DNA of 64,000 bases from Fimicolochytrium jonesii. Lineage: Eukaryota. Shown here one piece after another: positions 35,764 through 47,840 of the stretch. Numbering within the stretch: the first letter of the stretch is position 1; each line of letters starts with the position of its first letter. The notes beneath the pieces were generated by a model. The model made no database searches, was not told the origin of the DNA, and saw nothing but the letters and a program-made list of their open reading frames with translations. The position numbers were made by a program, and so were the translations under genes. The DNA lies in assembly GCF_025526975.1 (NCBI RefSeq), contig NW_026515674.1, positions 248,001 through 312,000 of the forward strand. Direction: 5' to 3'.

Positions 35764-37760
35764 ATGTCATGCAAAGAACGGGAAGCAATACGGAGGGAGT
35801 CTCGCAACATGTACGTCGAGGCATAGTCCTACTCCTAGAACGTCGAAAAAGCTGGCTTATCTGTACGCACTTGCACACACCAGTCACAACCGCCTACGCT
35901 CCATTGGAAAGGACTCTGAATTCGTGACGAAAGTTGCCGACCACTTCAGGACTTTGCCTCTTATCGCGAACGAGCGCTGTGGCAGCTGGTACGTTGACCC
36001 TAAGAAGGTGTGGCTTCTTTTTGTCTTTGGTGACGTTGAAGTTCGCATTTCTCAGCTATGGAACGGCAAAACTGACTTCTTCTTTGCTTTCCTACATACC
36101 CTAGGCTTACCCACATAGCGTCTACTTCAAGTCCACGGACGGCCATTTTGGAAACTGGGATTTTAACTTGCGGAGGCTGAACTACCATATCATCAAAACA
36201 ATTGCACAGCGTGGAGGGTGAGTGGGCAAGTAGGCGCAAGGGGACGGCTACCCATAAACCACCGTTAACGAGCCACGCCTTGTCTCGTATAGATGCATCA
36301 TAGTTGACTCAACGCGGAACGGCAAGCGAATACCCGACAGTCTAGCCAAAACCGTACCGATATGGTGCGCCGTCATCAATGGAGCTGTTGCAAGGCATCG
36401 ACAGAAAGCTGCACCGCATGATGCGATCGCGAACGGGACAGACGACGAAAAGGAGAACCTGGCGGGTGATCAGTCGGGATTGCTGTGGGATACGGCGTTC
36501 CATTCCATACCCTCGATTGTGTCGAGGTCGGAGTCGCAACAGATCAGTCAAAAGCTGCCGCCGTTCGTGGATAAGTTGCTGGTAAGTGTCATGAGACCGA
36601 TCCTCAACCTGCGCTATATGATACGAACGGACGACCGATCATCACCACCAACAGGCATCATCAGTAAACGTCCCCGAACTCTCCCTTCACCTTCACAAAC
36701 CCCTCCGGCCCCTCTGGATTACCCCCACAACCAACCTCGCCCTCGGCTTCGACTGGGCCGGTTCCCCCGACGCACTACACGACCTGCCCTTCTACCCCGT
36801 CATCCTCCTCAGCGCCTCCCAAGCCGTTCCGGACGGCATGGACAGACGGGTTGGGTACACCTATGTCCAAGGATCTGCCGACGATCACGAGTTATGGGGG
36901 CGGGGCTTGGAACCTGAGATGTTCTGGGCTCACCGGGAAGAATTACTGGATGCGACGGATGATGCTACATGTGAACAGCTCGTCCAACGGATCGTCAGAG
37001 ACTCTCACCTCCTTTCCACCCCCTTGTCAACCGGAAAAGCCCCGCCTTCAAACTTATTGGGGGATACAAACATCAGCATCGGCAACCACGCCAGCGGCCG
37101 CCCACCAGACTGTTTCCGTTTCTTTGACGTCGTTATCAATTGCGGGTCGCCTGAACACCCTCCCGAGCTCTTGGACAAGGCTGCCGAGGAGGGCAAGTAC
37201 CTGTTCCTGCCTATCCCGGAGGGGAAGAAGGGGCAGCATGCGCTGTTTAGTTGTTTGCCGATGGTGTTGGCGTTTGTTAAGGGGCCGTTGAGGGAGAGGA
37301 AGAGGGTCTTGGTGCATTGTATGCAGGGTATGTTGGGGAGAATGTATTTGAAGGAGAGGAGGCAGGCCTGGCTCAAACATGACTCACCCTTCATGAACAG
37401 GAAAGGATCGCTCCGTCGGGATCGCGCTGGCGATGCTCGTCAGATACATGGATGATGAAGGTCACATCAATGTCGATGCGGATGAGACGTCCGAAGGTAC
37501 ATGAAAAATTTTCTTCTTCTGCGTTCGTGTCCATTCACGTACCTCTCTCTTCACCAACATAATCTCAGTAACAAAAGACCTAATCCAAAACCGCCTCCTA
37601 TTCATCCAATCCCATCGGATCGTCGTACGTGCCCCACCCATCCCTCTCCCTCTCCCACTCCAGTCCATCCTCATCCCTCTCCATACCCATACAGGCCTCA
37701 CCAACAAGGGCAACTCTACAGAAGGTGAAAACCTACTTTATGAGTGCCGAGTATAAGTAG
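35764..37760 (+). CDS. RIT1: Initiator tRNA A64 2'-O-ribosylphosphate transferase (multi-exon)
   Basis: NRLRSI, LIANERCGSWYV, YFKSTDGH, FNLRRLN, IVDSTRNGKRIPDSLAKTVPIWCAVIN, YVQGSADDHELW and C-terminal phosphatase-like VHCMQG. Confidence 0.95.
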
Positions 37761-38289
37761 GCACGGGAGCGTACCACTGTTTTTTTTTGGGCAGTCGTCA
37801 TTTGAAGCTATTAGCGTATCCGACAGCATTAGACAATCATTTTCCCTATAATAGACATTCGAGCCTGTAAGCTCCTCTTCCTCTGTTCGGCGTAGATAGC
37901 CAACCAAATCGCGTATGTATGTACACATGGCACCCTATAAGCAGAACAAAGCCATATCTATATAACATGCTTTTCCAAAATTCAATGTAGTGGATGGGGG
38001 ATACTTATACGAAAACACCAGAGACAAAACTATTGTAACCCGGATCTAATCTCTCGAGACCTCGCAAAAGAACCTTGCTCCAGCGGAAAACCTATGCTCC
38101 AGTCACACCGTCCTCCGCAAAGGGGGCCTACTCGCGATCCCGCACGAGACCCATCGGACGCACAATATACGCCAATCCGCACAATCACCCAATCTCCCTC
38201 CCAACCGCAACCCTCCCCCTCCCCGCCGCCGTTCCCTCTCGCCTCGTCAAATGCATTCCACCCCCCGCGTCCACTCCCCCCTCATGATC

Positions 38290-41200
38290 CTAATCTAGCA
38301 CGAGAACCGGTGTGAGTTGCCGACCGCGCCGGCGCCGGCGTTTAGATGTGGTATACGTGGATGTGGGCGGATGCAGCGCGATGAGGGGTTCGGTGGACCA
38401 GGGGAGTGAGTGGGGTGTCGCGGTTGAGGTTGATGCAGCGCTTTCGCGGCGTTTACGGCGGTTGCTGGAGCTATTGCTGATAGCATTGGCTTCGATTTTG
38501 TTGGTATGCTTGATGTTGATGTTTTCCATTGTGACGTTGCTGTTCCTGGTATCGACCATGCTGTTACTGCTCGCGGTGCTGGTTTGACTGGTAGTGGTGA
38601 TGACATTATCAGCGGTGCTGAGTGGTTGCGATGACAGCCGCTCTACACGTGGTTGCGATGCACGTCGTGCTTTCCGCGTCGGGGACGGTTGCGACGAAGG
38701 TTGGAAGAAAGACAATCCAGCTGCGGACTCTGTCGCTGATTTGGAATTTTCCTTTTTCCGCGGCCGTGGCTGCAGTGGCACCCATTCTTCGTCGTTTACT
38801 TCCATTTTCTCCGTTTTGAGTTGCCCCGATATGTCATCAGATTCGTCCAATATCAGTATCGGCTCATCGTCGTCGCGCTCACGTTCGCGTTTGATGCCTC
38901 TCTTCGTCGCAATCGCAGTCGTTATAGTCGTCGACGACGTGGCATCGAAAGGCGACGACTCGAGTTTGACAATGCTCGACATCGATTCCAGTTTAATGCT
39001 GCTATCCCCGCTGCTGCTAGCGAAGCTGGTGCTGCTCGTCGTCAGGGTTCCTCGCTCCACTTTCCTTAAGCCTGTGAGGGCTTCAGAGGCAGACATGCTC
39101 CTAACCCCATTACGCTCCCGCGCCCTCGCGAGCTCGTCCCTGGCAACCTGCAGAAAGTCCTGCTCAGACGCCGCATCGCCGCGGTCGAATCGCACGAAGT
39201 CTTCCGCCGCTTTCCGTAGCGTCCCAATCCATGTTTCCTCGAACATGGCATCCGCGCCTTGCCGTCCTGCCTGCTCGACATCAGCATCGGAGCCCTCCCG
39301 TTTCGCGCCCCTTGCGCTTGTCGATTCCGCAGCAGCCCTCGTCGCAGCACTCACAACCTTCTCATAAAACTCATGCACCTTCGCATCCCCCTTAACCACA
39401 TGATCCGGCACCGCCACGCCTCTTGCATAGCTCTTATCCAAATGTAACCCCTTCAAGCTCCTCGCCCTACTCAGCGCGACATACGCCATCCCCGGCCCAA
39501 AGCATTTCCCCAGATTCATAGCGCACTTATCAATGGACATGCCCTGCGCCTTATGAATGGTAATAGCCCACCCATACATCAGCGGCACCTGTTTGCGCCA
39601 CAGGCAGTGTTTCTCAGACAGCATGACGTCGAAGGTGTGCACGCCGATGGTGCGTTGGATGCCGTTGCTAAAGTAGACAACGGGGTACAGGGGCGAGTCG
39701 AAGACTTCGCGGCCTTTGGCGTCGCGGAGGCGGTCGAAGCCGACTACGACGCCGCGGGAGCCGTTGACGAGGCCTGCCGCGGTGTCGAGGTTTGTGAGGA
39801 GCATGACTTGCACGCCGATGGTGAGGATTAAGGTTGGTTTGGCTTGTAGGTATTTTTGGAGATCGGAGAGCCATTGTCGCGCTCGCTCGCGGTCCTCGAA
39901 GTTGGATCCGTCTTCGGCGACATAAGTGTGTGTCTCGGCGCCGCGGGGCAGCTCGTTGAAGAATCGTAGGTTCTCTTCCTCAACTGTGTGCTTGTGGGGG
40001 TACAAATGAGTGGCTTTGACCTGATCCCGCTCATCCAAGGGTCGCGTGCACGCCTCGAGCATTTGCTTGGCGTCCTCCGAGTAAATCCCTTTGCGGATCT
40101 CGTTCAAAACGGAGACAAACTCCAGGTCATCTTGCCGGAATACCCGAGTCAGCTCGACTGTTTCGAAATTGCAAGCTTCCCACACAGCGCTCTCGAACGC
40201 ATAGCGAGTCGTCGGGTTCCACTCATGACGGCAGTCTCGTTGGCTGCACGTCACGGTCACCCCCTTTCCCCTCCCCTTGATGTCCTTTAGTTCGCAGGTA
40301 CATTTTGGGCAGACGAGAATGTCTGGAACGGGGGGCAGCTGGTAAAAGTCCCCCGAGATGAGGAGCTGGATGCCGCCGAAGGGTTTGGTCGAATGCCGGA
40401 GTGTTCTCGCAACGCAGTCAACCTTCTCAAACAGATCTGCAGATACCATCGAGATCTCGTCGATGACCAGGGTGTGGAGTGCACTCCACTCCTGTCGTTT
40501 CTCTCTGGTTTTGAGGATTTTGGCGACAATTTGTTCCGCGGTGGACCGTCCCACGCCAGTCATGGCAAGCGACTGGAGGGTTCGTGCCCCAATCTGCGAT
40601 GCGGCGATGCCCGTGGGTGCTGTCACGGCTACCTTGCGACCCTTCCGTCGGAGATGGGAAACGATAGCCTTCAGCGTAAAAGATTTGCCAGTACCCGCGG
40701 ATCCTGTCTGAAATACGTTCCTGCCTTGGTCGACATAGGTCAGAAGCCGCTTTTGCTCGCTCGACAGTGTGTCGTCGACATTGACACGGGTGGATGAAGC
40801 GCCCGTTGCTGCCTCATTAGAGCTGTCCCCTATCCCAGCTGCTGGCTTAAACTTGCTAGCAGAAGCACTCGACGTCGCAGGAGCCAACCCATATCTCGCC
40901 AGCCAGTCCTTCCCCAACACCCCTCGCTCCTGCCGTAGGCGTTGCTGTCGTTCCGCCAGTTTTCTCAACGCAATCAGTCGCTTCGCCTCAATTTGTTCCG
41001 GGGTCTGCCTGGGCACTTTGGAGGATGGCTTTGGGGTCGATTCTAGTCCTGCAGGCACCTGGCTTGGCGCCTCAGCCGTCAAATCCACAGAGATCGAAGG
41101 TAGTGCTCCATCTCCGGCGGCGTTGAGGTCCGCGGCGACGTTGGGTGGCGGACTTCGCGCATGTATTGCGGAACTCAACGTTTCCCGACCTGGCGTCACC

Positions 41201-41634
41201 ACTGGAGTTTTCACTCCCACATACGGTCCCGACTGGGCTTTCCCATCCAAATCCACCTCGCTTATCCGCAACGTCCCGGAAGTAAGACCCACTATCATTT
41301 TCTTCAACTCCACCGCGTGAGCCGCGACCGCGGACTGGATAGCAGCAGAAGGGAAGGGCGCGGCCGCTCGAATCTTTGCTGCTCCATCGGACTGCGACGG
41401 TATTTGTCCAGACAAGGCCGGGGTAAGGCCAAAGAGGCTTGCAAGGCTTTCTGCGGATGTTTCGGTGGAAGTGCTTGTGAATGTGTATGTCGAGCTGGAG
41501 GCGTGCTGGGCGGTCGTTACGGAATGAGTCCCCGGGGCTGGTTTTTGGTTGTAGTTGAGGTCGTTAGCAGGGCCCGTTGAGGAGCGAACGTCGTCTGCTG
41601 TGCGGTCAAGCGCTGGAGAACTGCCGTTTGACAT
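38290..41634 (-). CDS. PIF1: PIF1-family 5'-3' DNA helicase with a C4 zinc-ribbon insertion (single long exon; 5' end uncertain)
   Basis: GSAGTGKS, TAPTGIAA, IDEISM, PFGGIQL..SGDFYQLPPV, LTRVFRQ, QVMLLTNL...LVNGSRGVV, QVPL..GWAITIHKAQG and GMAYVALSRA. Confidence 0.93.
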   Translation of the reverse strand: MSNGSSPALDRTADDVRSSTGPANDLNYNQKPAPGTHSVTTAQHASSSTYTFTSTSTETSAESLASLFGLTPALSGQIPSQSDGAAKIRAAAPFPSAAIQSAVAAHAVELKKMIVGLTSGTLRISEVDLDGKAQSGPYVGVKTPVVTPGRETLSSAIHARSPPPNVAADLNAAGDGALPSISVDLTAEAPSQVPAGLESTPKPSSKVPRQTPEQIEAKRLIALRKLAERQQRLRQERGVLGKDWLARYGLAPATSSASASKFKPAAGIGDSSNEAATGASSTRVNVDDTLSSEQKRLLTYVDQGRNVFQTGSAGTGKSFTLKAIVSHLRRKGRKVAVTAPTGIAASQIGARTLQSLAMTGVGRSTAEQIVAKILKTREKRQEWSALHTLVIDEISMVSADLFEKVDCVARTLRHSTKPFGGIQLLISGDFYQLPPVPDILVCPKCTCELKDIKGRGKGVTVTCSQRDCRHEWNPTTRYAFESAVWEACNFETVELTRVFRQDDLEFVSVLNEIRKGIYSEDAKQMLEACTRPLDERDQVKATHLYPHKHTVEEENLRFFNELPRGAETHTYVAEDGSNFEDRERARQWLSDLQKYLQAKPTLILTIGVQVMLLTNLDTAAGLVNGSRGVVVGFDRLRDAKGREVFDSPLYPVVYFSNGIQRTIGVHTFDVMLSEKHCLWRKQVPLMYGWAITIHKAQGMSIDKCAMNLGKCFGPGMAYVALSRARSLKGLHLDKSYARGVAVPDHVVKGDAKVHEFYEKVVSAATRAAAESTSARGAKREGSDADVEQAGRQGADAMFEETWIGTLRKAAEDFVRFDRGDAASEQDFLQVARDELARARERNGVRSMSASEALTGLRKVERGTLTTSSTSFASSSGDSSIKLESMSSIVKLESSPFDATSSTTITTAIATKRGIKRERERDDDEPILILDESDDISGQLKTEKMEVNDEEWVPLQPRPRKKENSKSATESAAGLSFFQPSSQPSPTRKARRASQPRVERLSSQPLSTADNVITTTSQTSTASSNSMVDTRNSNVTMENINIKHTNKIEANAISNSSSNRRKRRESAASTSTATPHSLPWSTEPLIALHPPTSTYTTSKRRRRRGRQLTPVLVLD

Positions 41635-42600
41635 GGGGAGTGCTGGGGCAGGAGCACTGACTGCAGCACACCTACAGTACTCCAAACAAACTCGGCTACC
41701 TTTGCCGTCAACTTGCCAGAGGATAGTCCGGCGTACTCCTATGCTACTCTATGTATATAGGTCCCGCACAGAAGGAGGAGAGGCTGCGAGAGAAGCGCTG
41801 ACTTGCCAATTGTATGCGTTTGCTCAGGGAAAAGTTGAATTTTGGACAGGGCCTGTGCGCGTCCGGCGTTTCGGACAGAGGTTGACGACAACATCCATCT
41901 GGCAAGCCTTACCCCCAACAAAGACTGCAGACGCAAATGCATAACTTGGGATGGCTCTCCCCGCCACCCGATGTTCTCCTCAGAAGTCTCTCATGGCGTG
42001 CATCCATCGTTCGACAAGGCGTCAACTAGAGCTGAAACGGTCCTGATTGACCACAGGCGCCTTTCAAGTTGGAACGGCAGCGGCTGCCCTGAACTCCGTT
42101 GGCTTTGTCATCTTACCTTTCTCCGCAGGTGCTCAGCCGGCTCTCCAGACAGCTAGCTGCAATGGCTGTCTTGGGGTCTCACACACCAAGGAGAGATGGA
42201 TCCGGAGTAAACCTCGCTAGGCCCCTATATCGATTCTTTCAGAGGCTTCTGCACTTGTCCTGAGATGCATTTTCCCTGAGAATGGAGACGCAGAAAGAGA
42301 GCTTACTAACGCGGAATGCAATCGTTTCTTAAGGCCTTCATAGGTAGAGGGTGGAGAGGGAGGGTGGATGCGAAATCTGGGACGTCGGAGACGCGGAGCA
42401 ACCTTATGTCACAAGGCAGAGTGCGCAGCTTTGGTGGCGATGAAATCCATTTACATATCTCCATGGGTTTTCCGAGCGTACAGTAAGTGAGAAGAGCGTC
42501 ACCCCACAGTGTGCTGGGATTTGTGGAAGGCGGGCAAAGCAACCCTGTCGCTTGTCCACATATTCCAACAAGATTCCCTTCCCTTGGGCCGCGGCCCTCG

Positions 42601-42608
42601 TATAAAAG
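42601..42608 (+). promoter_or_regulatory. TATA box of the GST gene
   Basis: TATAAAAG about 110 bp upstream of the ATG at 42710. Confidence 0.55.
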
Positions 42609-42709
42609 CCACAGGTGGCAAGCAGAGCCCTTCCGTTTGTGTCAATTCGAAAGCTGAGGATAGTTGCAACTCCTACAATCCCATCCGCAAACAAAAAACA
42701 CTACCATCC

Positions 42710-43386
42710 ATGTCTCTCGAATTCTACCACGCCCCCTATTCCACCGGTAAGCATTTGATCGTTACCTGGTCTCCAAGATATGCCTCTGATACACTTCAAC
42801 CTCGCCTCTAGCGGACATAACGAAAGCCGTCCTCACAGCCCTCCAAACCCCACACAAACTGCACACCCTGTCCTTCGCTACCAAAGACACTCGCAAGCCC
42901 GAGTTCCTCGCTCTGAACCCTAACGGACAGGTGCCCGTCATCGTTCACGACAACGTGCCCATCTTCGAGTCCGCCGCCATCACACTCTACCTCGGCGAAA
43001 CCTTCGGTGTCGAAAAGGGTCTCTACCCACCCCCCGGCCCGCAAAGGGGCGAGGCGATGAAGTGGGTCATCTGGAGCAATGTGAACTTCTCCCGCCCTTT
43101 GTATGTGTTGATGAGTGCTAAGGGAGGAGGTGCCTTCTCGAAGGAGGAGATCGACGCCGCTAACGAAACGTTGAACAATTTGTTGGGGACGTTGACTAAG
43201 GGATTGGAAGGAAAAGGGTTTTTGCTCGGCAGCTGGAGTGTGGTGGATATTCATGTCGGGTCGATGATGGGGTATGGAACTCTGGTGGGGATGGATACAA
43301 CGGAATTCCCGGCTGTGCAAGCTTATGTGAAGAGGTGTGAGAAGAAGATGGAAGAAGCGGAGAAGGCGGCGGCGGCAGCCAAGTGA
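42710..43386 (+). CDS. Glutathione S-transferase (one intron, about 42747-42811)
   Basis: MSLEFYHAPYST, then KPEFLALNPNGQVPVI...IFESAAITLYL and FLLGSWSVVDI. Confidence 0.9.
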
Positions 43387-44250
43387 GAAAGCAATAGGGA
43401 GAACCGCGGTTTTGAGGTAACTCTTCGAACCGTACGGCCTTGTGCCGCCGATGAGTTGCTCAAACTTCTGCCGTATCAGCTTTTGATGGTTAATAGAAGC
43501 CAACCATGGTTCTAACGGATAGCAGAGAATTAGGTGTAGTCGTTTTGATTTCTGTGCTGTATCATACAGATGTTCTCTACTTTCTGTTGCTGGTCTTGCA
43601 TGTTGACTTCAAATCAGAGGAAAGCGATGTCATGCGCCATCCCGATCTCCCCTCTTCGGCTTCGTGTTCGCAACTTCGTAAGCTCCAAGGTCCATCAGAG
43701 CAAACTTGAACGCCTTGTGGATGCAACGGCAGACATACAGGCCTTCATCTCCGTCAGACTTTGTGCCCCGGCCTTATGCTGGTTCGCCACGCAAATCATC
43801 AAAGGACTGTACCCACCGTCCTGGCCGGAAACCGGCACCTAGGCACCCCCACTACCCCTTCCGTCCTACAGGGAGGCCGAGGGGGAATATGAAGCTGGTT
43901 CTTTTTAGTTAGAAGCCGTATTTGTTTCAGGCTCCCGGCCGTTGTCTTCACAACCCCTTCCGAATACTGCTGTATGGGCAGTTAGACAGGCGCCACCTAT
44001 GGCCTGCGCCTGAGATATGAAGGCGAATGCATGGATGGAATACACTGGGGAAGCCGCTACTCGGCTCTGGGCCCCAGCTTTGGTCGAATCGAGCGAACGC
44101 ACCCTTAGGCACTATCGTTCTCCTCCCACCCACGTACAGACCGGCTCCCGCCGCTGTCAGACGAGAATTCCAGCGAATTTGACACCCTCAAACACAGACG
44201 CGCTGTCGAAAACCAGTCAGACGCGGTCGGGGTGGCACAGCACATGGCCG

Positions 44251-45829
44251 CTGTCAGTCGCGAACTTTCGAGTCACTCCATCATCCGAGACAACACACAC
44301 CTGTCAGTCGGCCCATTGATTCCAAGCTCCTCGAGCATTCCCCACCTCTCCTGGAATGAGAGTGCCAAAAAGGAGCATCCCCACATCACCGCCGCGTGCT
44401 CATGATGAGCGGAGTGGAGTGAATCGGCGTCGGAGATGGGAGAGGAGGCATGGGGAATCTCCTGAGAGGGATCGGTGGAAGCATTTGTGCGTTTTGCCTT
44501 TTTTCGTCCCTCACCAATGGAGAGATTTGTTTCCGATATGCATGCGGAGTGGTCATGAGGAGGTGCTCTGGATCAGATGTCCCTCATGAGTTGTGTCGGG
44601 GGCGGGAGGAGACAGGAGGGTAGGGCGTTAGAGTTATTTGAAAACAATATTGATGCACACCTCTTCGTCGTATCATAGTGCATGCAAGCTCATGTTGGCC
44701 GTCATGGAAGAGGGCAAGAGTGATATGTGGGCTGCATCGAGCAATGAAGGCAGCATGGTACGTACGTGAGACACACCTGTCAGTCGTCCTATGCTCCAGA
44801 TCCGTGATGAATTTTCATCTGAACAGGACATAATATGTGGTAGATGTGATACGGTCCTTATCTCCTGGGCGCTGCTCTGAACCAGAACGGAACTTCGCCC
44901 GGTTTGTGCTCATGACCCGATTGGGGGTCAAGCTCCTCCATAGTATGGCCATGCTGCATGCCGCGGCAAAGACGGTATACGTGACTCATATACTCTAGGT
45001 CCGGACCACATAGTATACATCGTTACCTGGCAAATCAATGCGTTTTCTCTTACCTTCTGCAGCAAAAAAGCCCATCATGACACACTTTGTATCCCACCTC
45101 CACGAAACTCCGTCGCACAATTAGCCTGAAGGGTTTTCGAACACCTTTCTTTGCGACCAGCCATAACATACATTGCCTTTTTTTAGCCCGTCTAGAGTCA
45201 AGATTGCATTGAAAAGCAGCATTGCACGCACGGCCCCCCACAACACAAACGCGATTGGCAGAACATCCAAGGCTGAACTCTTCACCCCACACATGTCTCC
45301 TTGCGGCCCCACACTTAACCCCACATGCTTTGCGCTACCCCACCGCCTATTTTTTTTTCAGCCGGGCACAAATGGGGACACACTACGAGCCCAGTGGGGA
45401 ATATCGCATAGAGGTACAGTTGGAGAGGGAATGACTCCGCCAGAGCCGACGGCTGATGTGAGGACCAGGAGTGTTCTGTCTCGCCCATCAGCTCCCGAGG
45501 TCTATAAAAGCCGGGCCATCCGTGCCCCTCCCTCTCATTCCTCACCGTCCTCCGTCCATCGTTTCACTTACCACCTTCACACTCTCTCACTCATTCGACT
45601 TACCACGCCCACTTTCATTCGAATATCTGACAACTATGAAGAACGTCTTCAGCTTCCTCGCGGTCGCCAGCACCGTGCTCAGCACCGCATGTGCCAAGCC
45701 CAGCTGGGGACTGTTTGCCCAGGACTATGAGGACGACTTTATGTCGATGGGTGGCCGCCGTCGTGAGGGTGGAACGATCGGTATGTCTCTCTATTTGACC
45801 TGTCAGTCGCGATTGCGAGCTGTCAGTCG
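44251..45829. promoter_or_regulatory. Cluster of five identical CTGTCAGTCG motifs around the fasciclin gene
   Basis: Exact copies at 44251, 44301, 44777, 45800 and 45820; near copy at 44154. Confidence 0.45.
45503..45510 (+). promoter_or_regulatory. TATA box of the fasciclin gene
   Basis: TATAAAAG followed by a CT-rich leader, about 130 bp upstream of the ATG at 45636. Confidence 0.55.
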
Positions 45830-47301
45830 CTTTTTTCACGCGCTCGCCGACCAAACTAAACATTTCTTTCTCTCCCTACCTTTTCACATCACAGTTGACC
45901 GGCTCCGTGACGATAAGCGTTTCAGCAAGTTCGTCGAGGTCCTGGAACGTGAGCGCGGTCTCCGTGACGACCTCGGTAACCGCGACAAGGAGATGACCGT
46001 CTTTGCGTGAGTCCTTCAGATTTCTCACTTCTACTGCTCTCCATCCCATCGAGACTTATCCACGTACTTCACTTCCTTGTCACAGGCCCACCAACGAGGC
46101 CTTCAAGCACATGGAGGAGGGCATGCACATGTGCTCCGGCACGAAAGGAAAGATGGACATGAAGCAAATCATAATGTACCACGTCGCTCCCGACGCTGAT
46201 ATCATGAGCGACATGATGCATGCCGGTGCTTTGATCCCGACCGGTCTGCGTCTGAAGTCTCTCGGTGATCGTCACCAACGCATGCGTGTCTTCAAGTTCC
46301 ACAATGAGATGTGGTTGGTGAGTAGTTGGGACTGGGCAGTTTCTAATCTCTGCAACTCCTCTGGCGAAACTCACCCCTAATTTCCCGCTTCGTTACCTTC
46401 ACAGAACATGCACGCCCGCATCGTCGACATGGACATGGAAGCCGAAAACGGCCGCATCCACGCCATCGACCGCGTGGTGTGCCCGCCGATGGAAGTTACC
46501 GAGATGATGTACATCTTGCCCACGAAGTTCTCCACCTTCCTCTCCGGCTTGGAGCGCACGGGCATGATGGAAAAGATCGAGAGCGAGAAAGGCATGACGA
46601 TCTTTGCTCCGTCCAACCACGCCTGGCAAAACCTCGGCTTCGACAACTTGCGCTACCTATTCAGCTGTATGGGCCAGAAGGAGGAGGGCGGCCGCCGCCG
46701 CTACGACGAGCGCGATGGTGACCGTATGCGTATGCGCTGCAAGGGTATGCAAGACCTCAAGAAGATTATGGAGTACCACATCGGAATGGACATAGCTTGG
46801 TCTACTGACATGATGGAGAAGAAGGATATGCGTGAGTACCCGGCTTTTCACAACGCGATTCCCGTGCGGCGTTGCTCACATCGCTTTCATTGCACATTAG
46901 GCATGGAAACGATGATGGGCGAGGAGCTCGAGATCAAGGCCATGAGGATGCGCCGCGGCGGCCGCGACGAGGACCGTGACGATGACTGCGACGACCACGA
47001 CAGCGACGACTGCCGCCACCGCCGTCGCCGCGACGACCGCCGCAGGCACGATAACGACCGCCACAGGCACGACGACGACCGCCGCAGGCACGATGACGAC
47101 CGCCGCAGGCACGATGACGACCGCCGCAGGCACAACGACGACAAGAAGATGCACGATGTGCGCAAGTACAACTTCATCATGAACAAGGGCGAGGCTCGCG
47201 TCTCCTTCACCGACATGCTTGGCTCCAACGGCGCTATCCAGATGATTGACAACGTCATGCTCCCGCCCGGTATGCGTCTTCCCCACGACCGTATGATGTA
47301 A
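45636..47301 (+). CDS. Secreted two-FAS1 (fasciclin) domain protein, Met-rich, with an Asp/Arg/His repeat (multi-exon)
   Basis: Signal peptide MKNVFSFLAVASTVLSTACA. FAS1 motifs TVFAPTNEAF, MYHV, NGRIHAIDRVV and TIFAPSNHAW, EYHI, NGAIQMIDNVM. Confidence 0.9.
47032..47136 (+). repeat. Coding 21-bp minisatellite, 5 copies, (DDRRRHD)n
   Basis: Unit GACGACCGCCGCAGGCACGAT, 5 copies with few substitutions. Confidence 0.95.
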
Positions 47302-47840
47302 AATAGTCGGGAACATCTTGTAGGGTTATCGGAGAGATATGGGTAGTTCGTCATTTAGCGCAATTGTTTTACTTGTGACTTTCGACGTAGTATTCTCTTT
47401 TTTTCATTTTTACGTAAACTTTTTTCGAATACATGGTGGACATCAGATCTCTCAAGTTCTTTCGGTGCATGTGTCCAGGGTGAGATGACCGTTTCATTTG
47501 ACGGCTTTCACGCACATTTGCCACAGTCTGACTTCATAGCACATATGAAGCTTGACCCCATCCGTCGCCCTTCGTTTTGCATAGACATTTCACTGGACTC
47601 TGGACTTTGAACTACTAGTCTTTGTGCGATGGCAACATCTGGTCAGTAAACGGTACTGCTTGATGGTAGGATGAGTTTGGGCAAGGCAACTTTGACACAG
47701 TCCGCAACACGCGTTCCCGAAAAGCCGAAAGCCAGAGTGACGAGAGCAAGCAAGAGAGATAGCCTTCCCAAAAACTCAACTCACTTTTCGCAAAGGTCCC
47801 ATCTTTCCCCTCCGCCAGAACTACAAGAAACCCTGCAGAT

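Noticed and set aside
38290..41685. Helitron RepHel transposase
   Set aside because: No HUH Rep motifs upstream of the helicase; the flanks are low-complexity and typical of a cellular Pif1.
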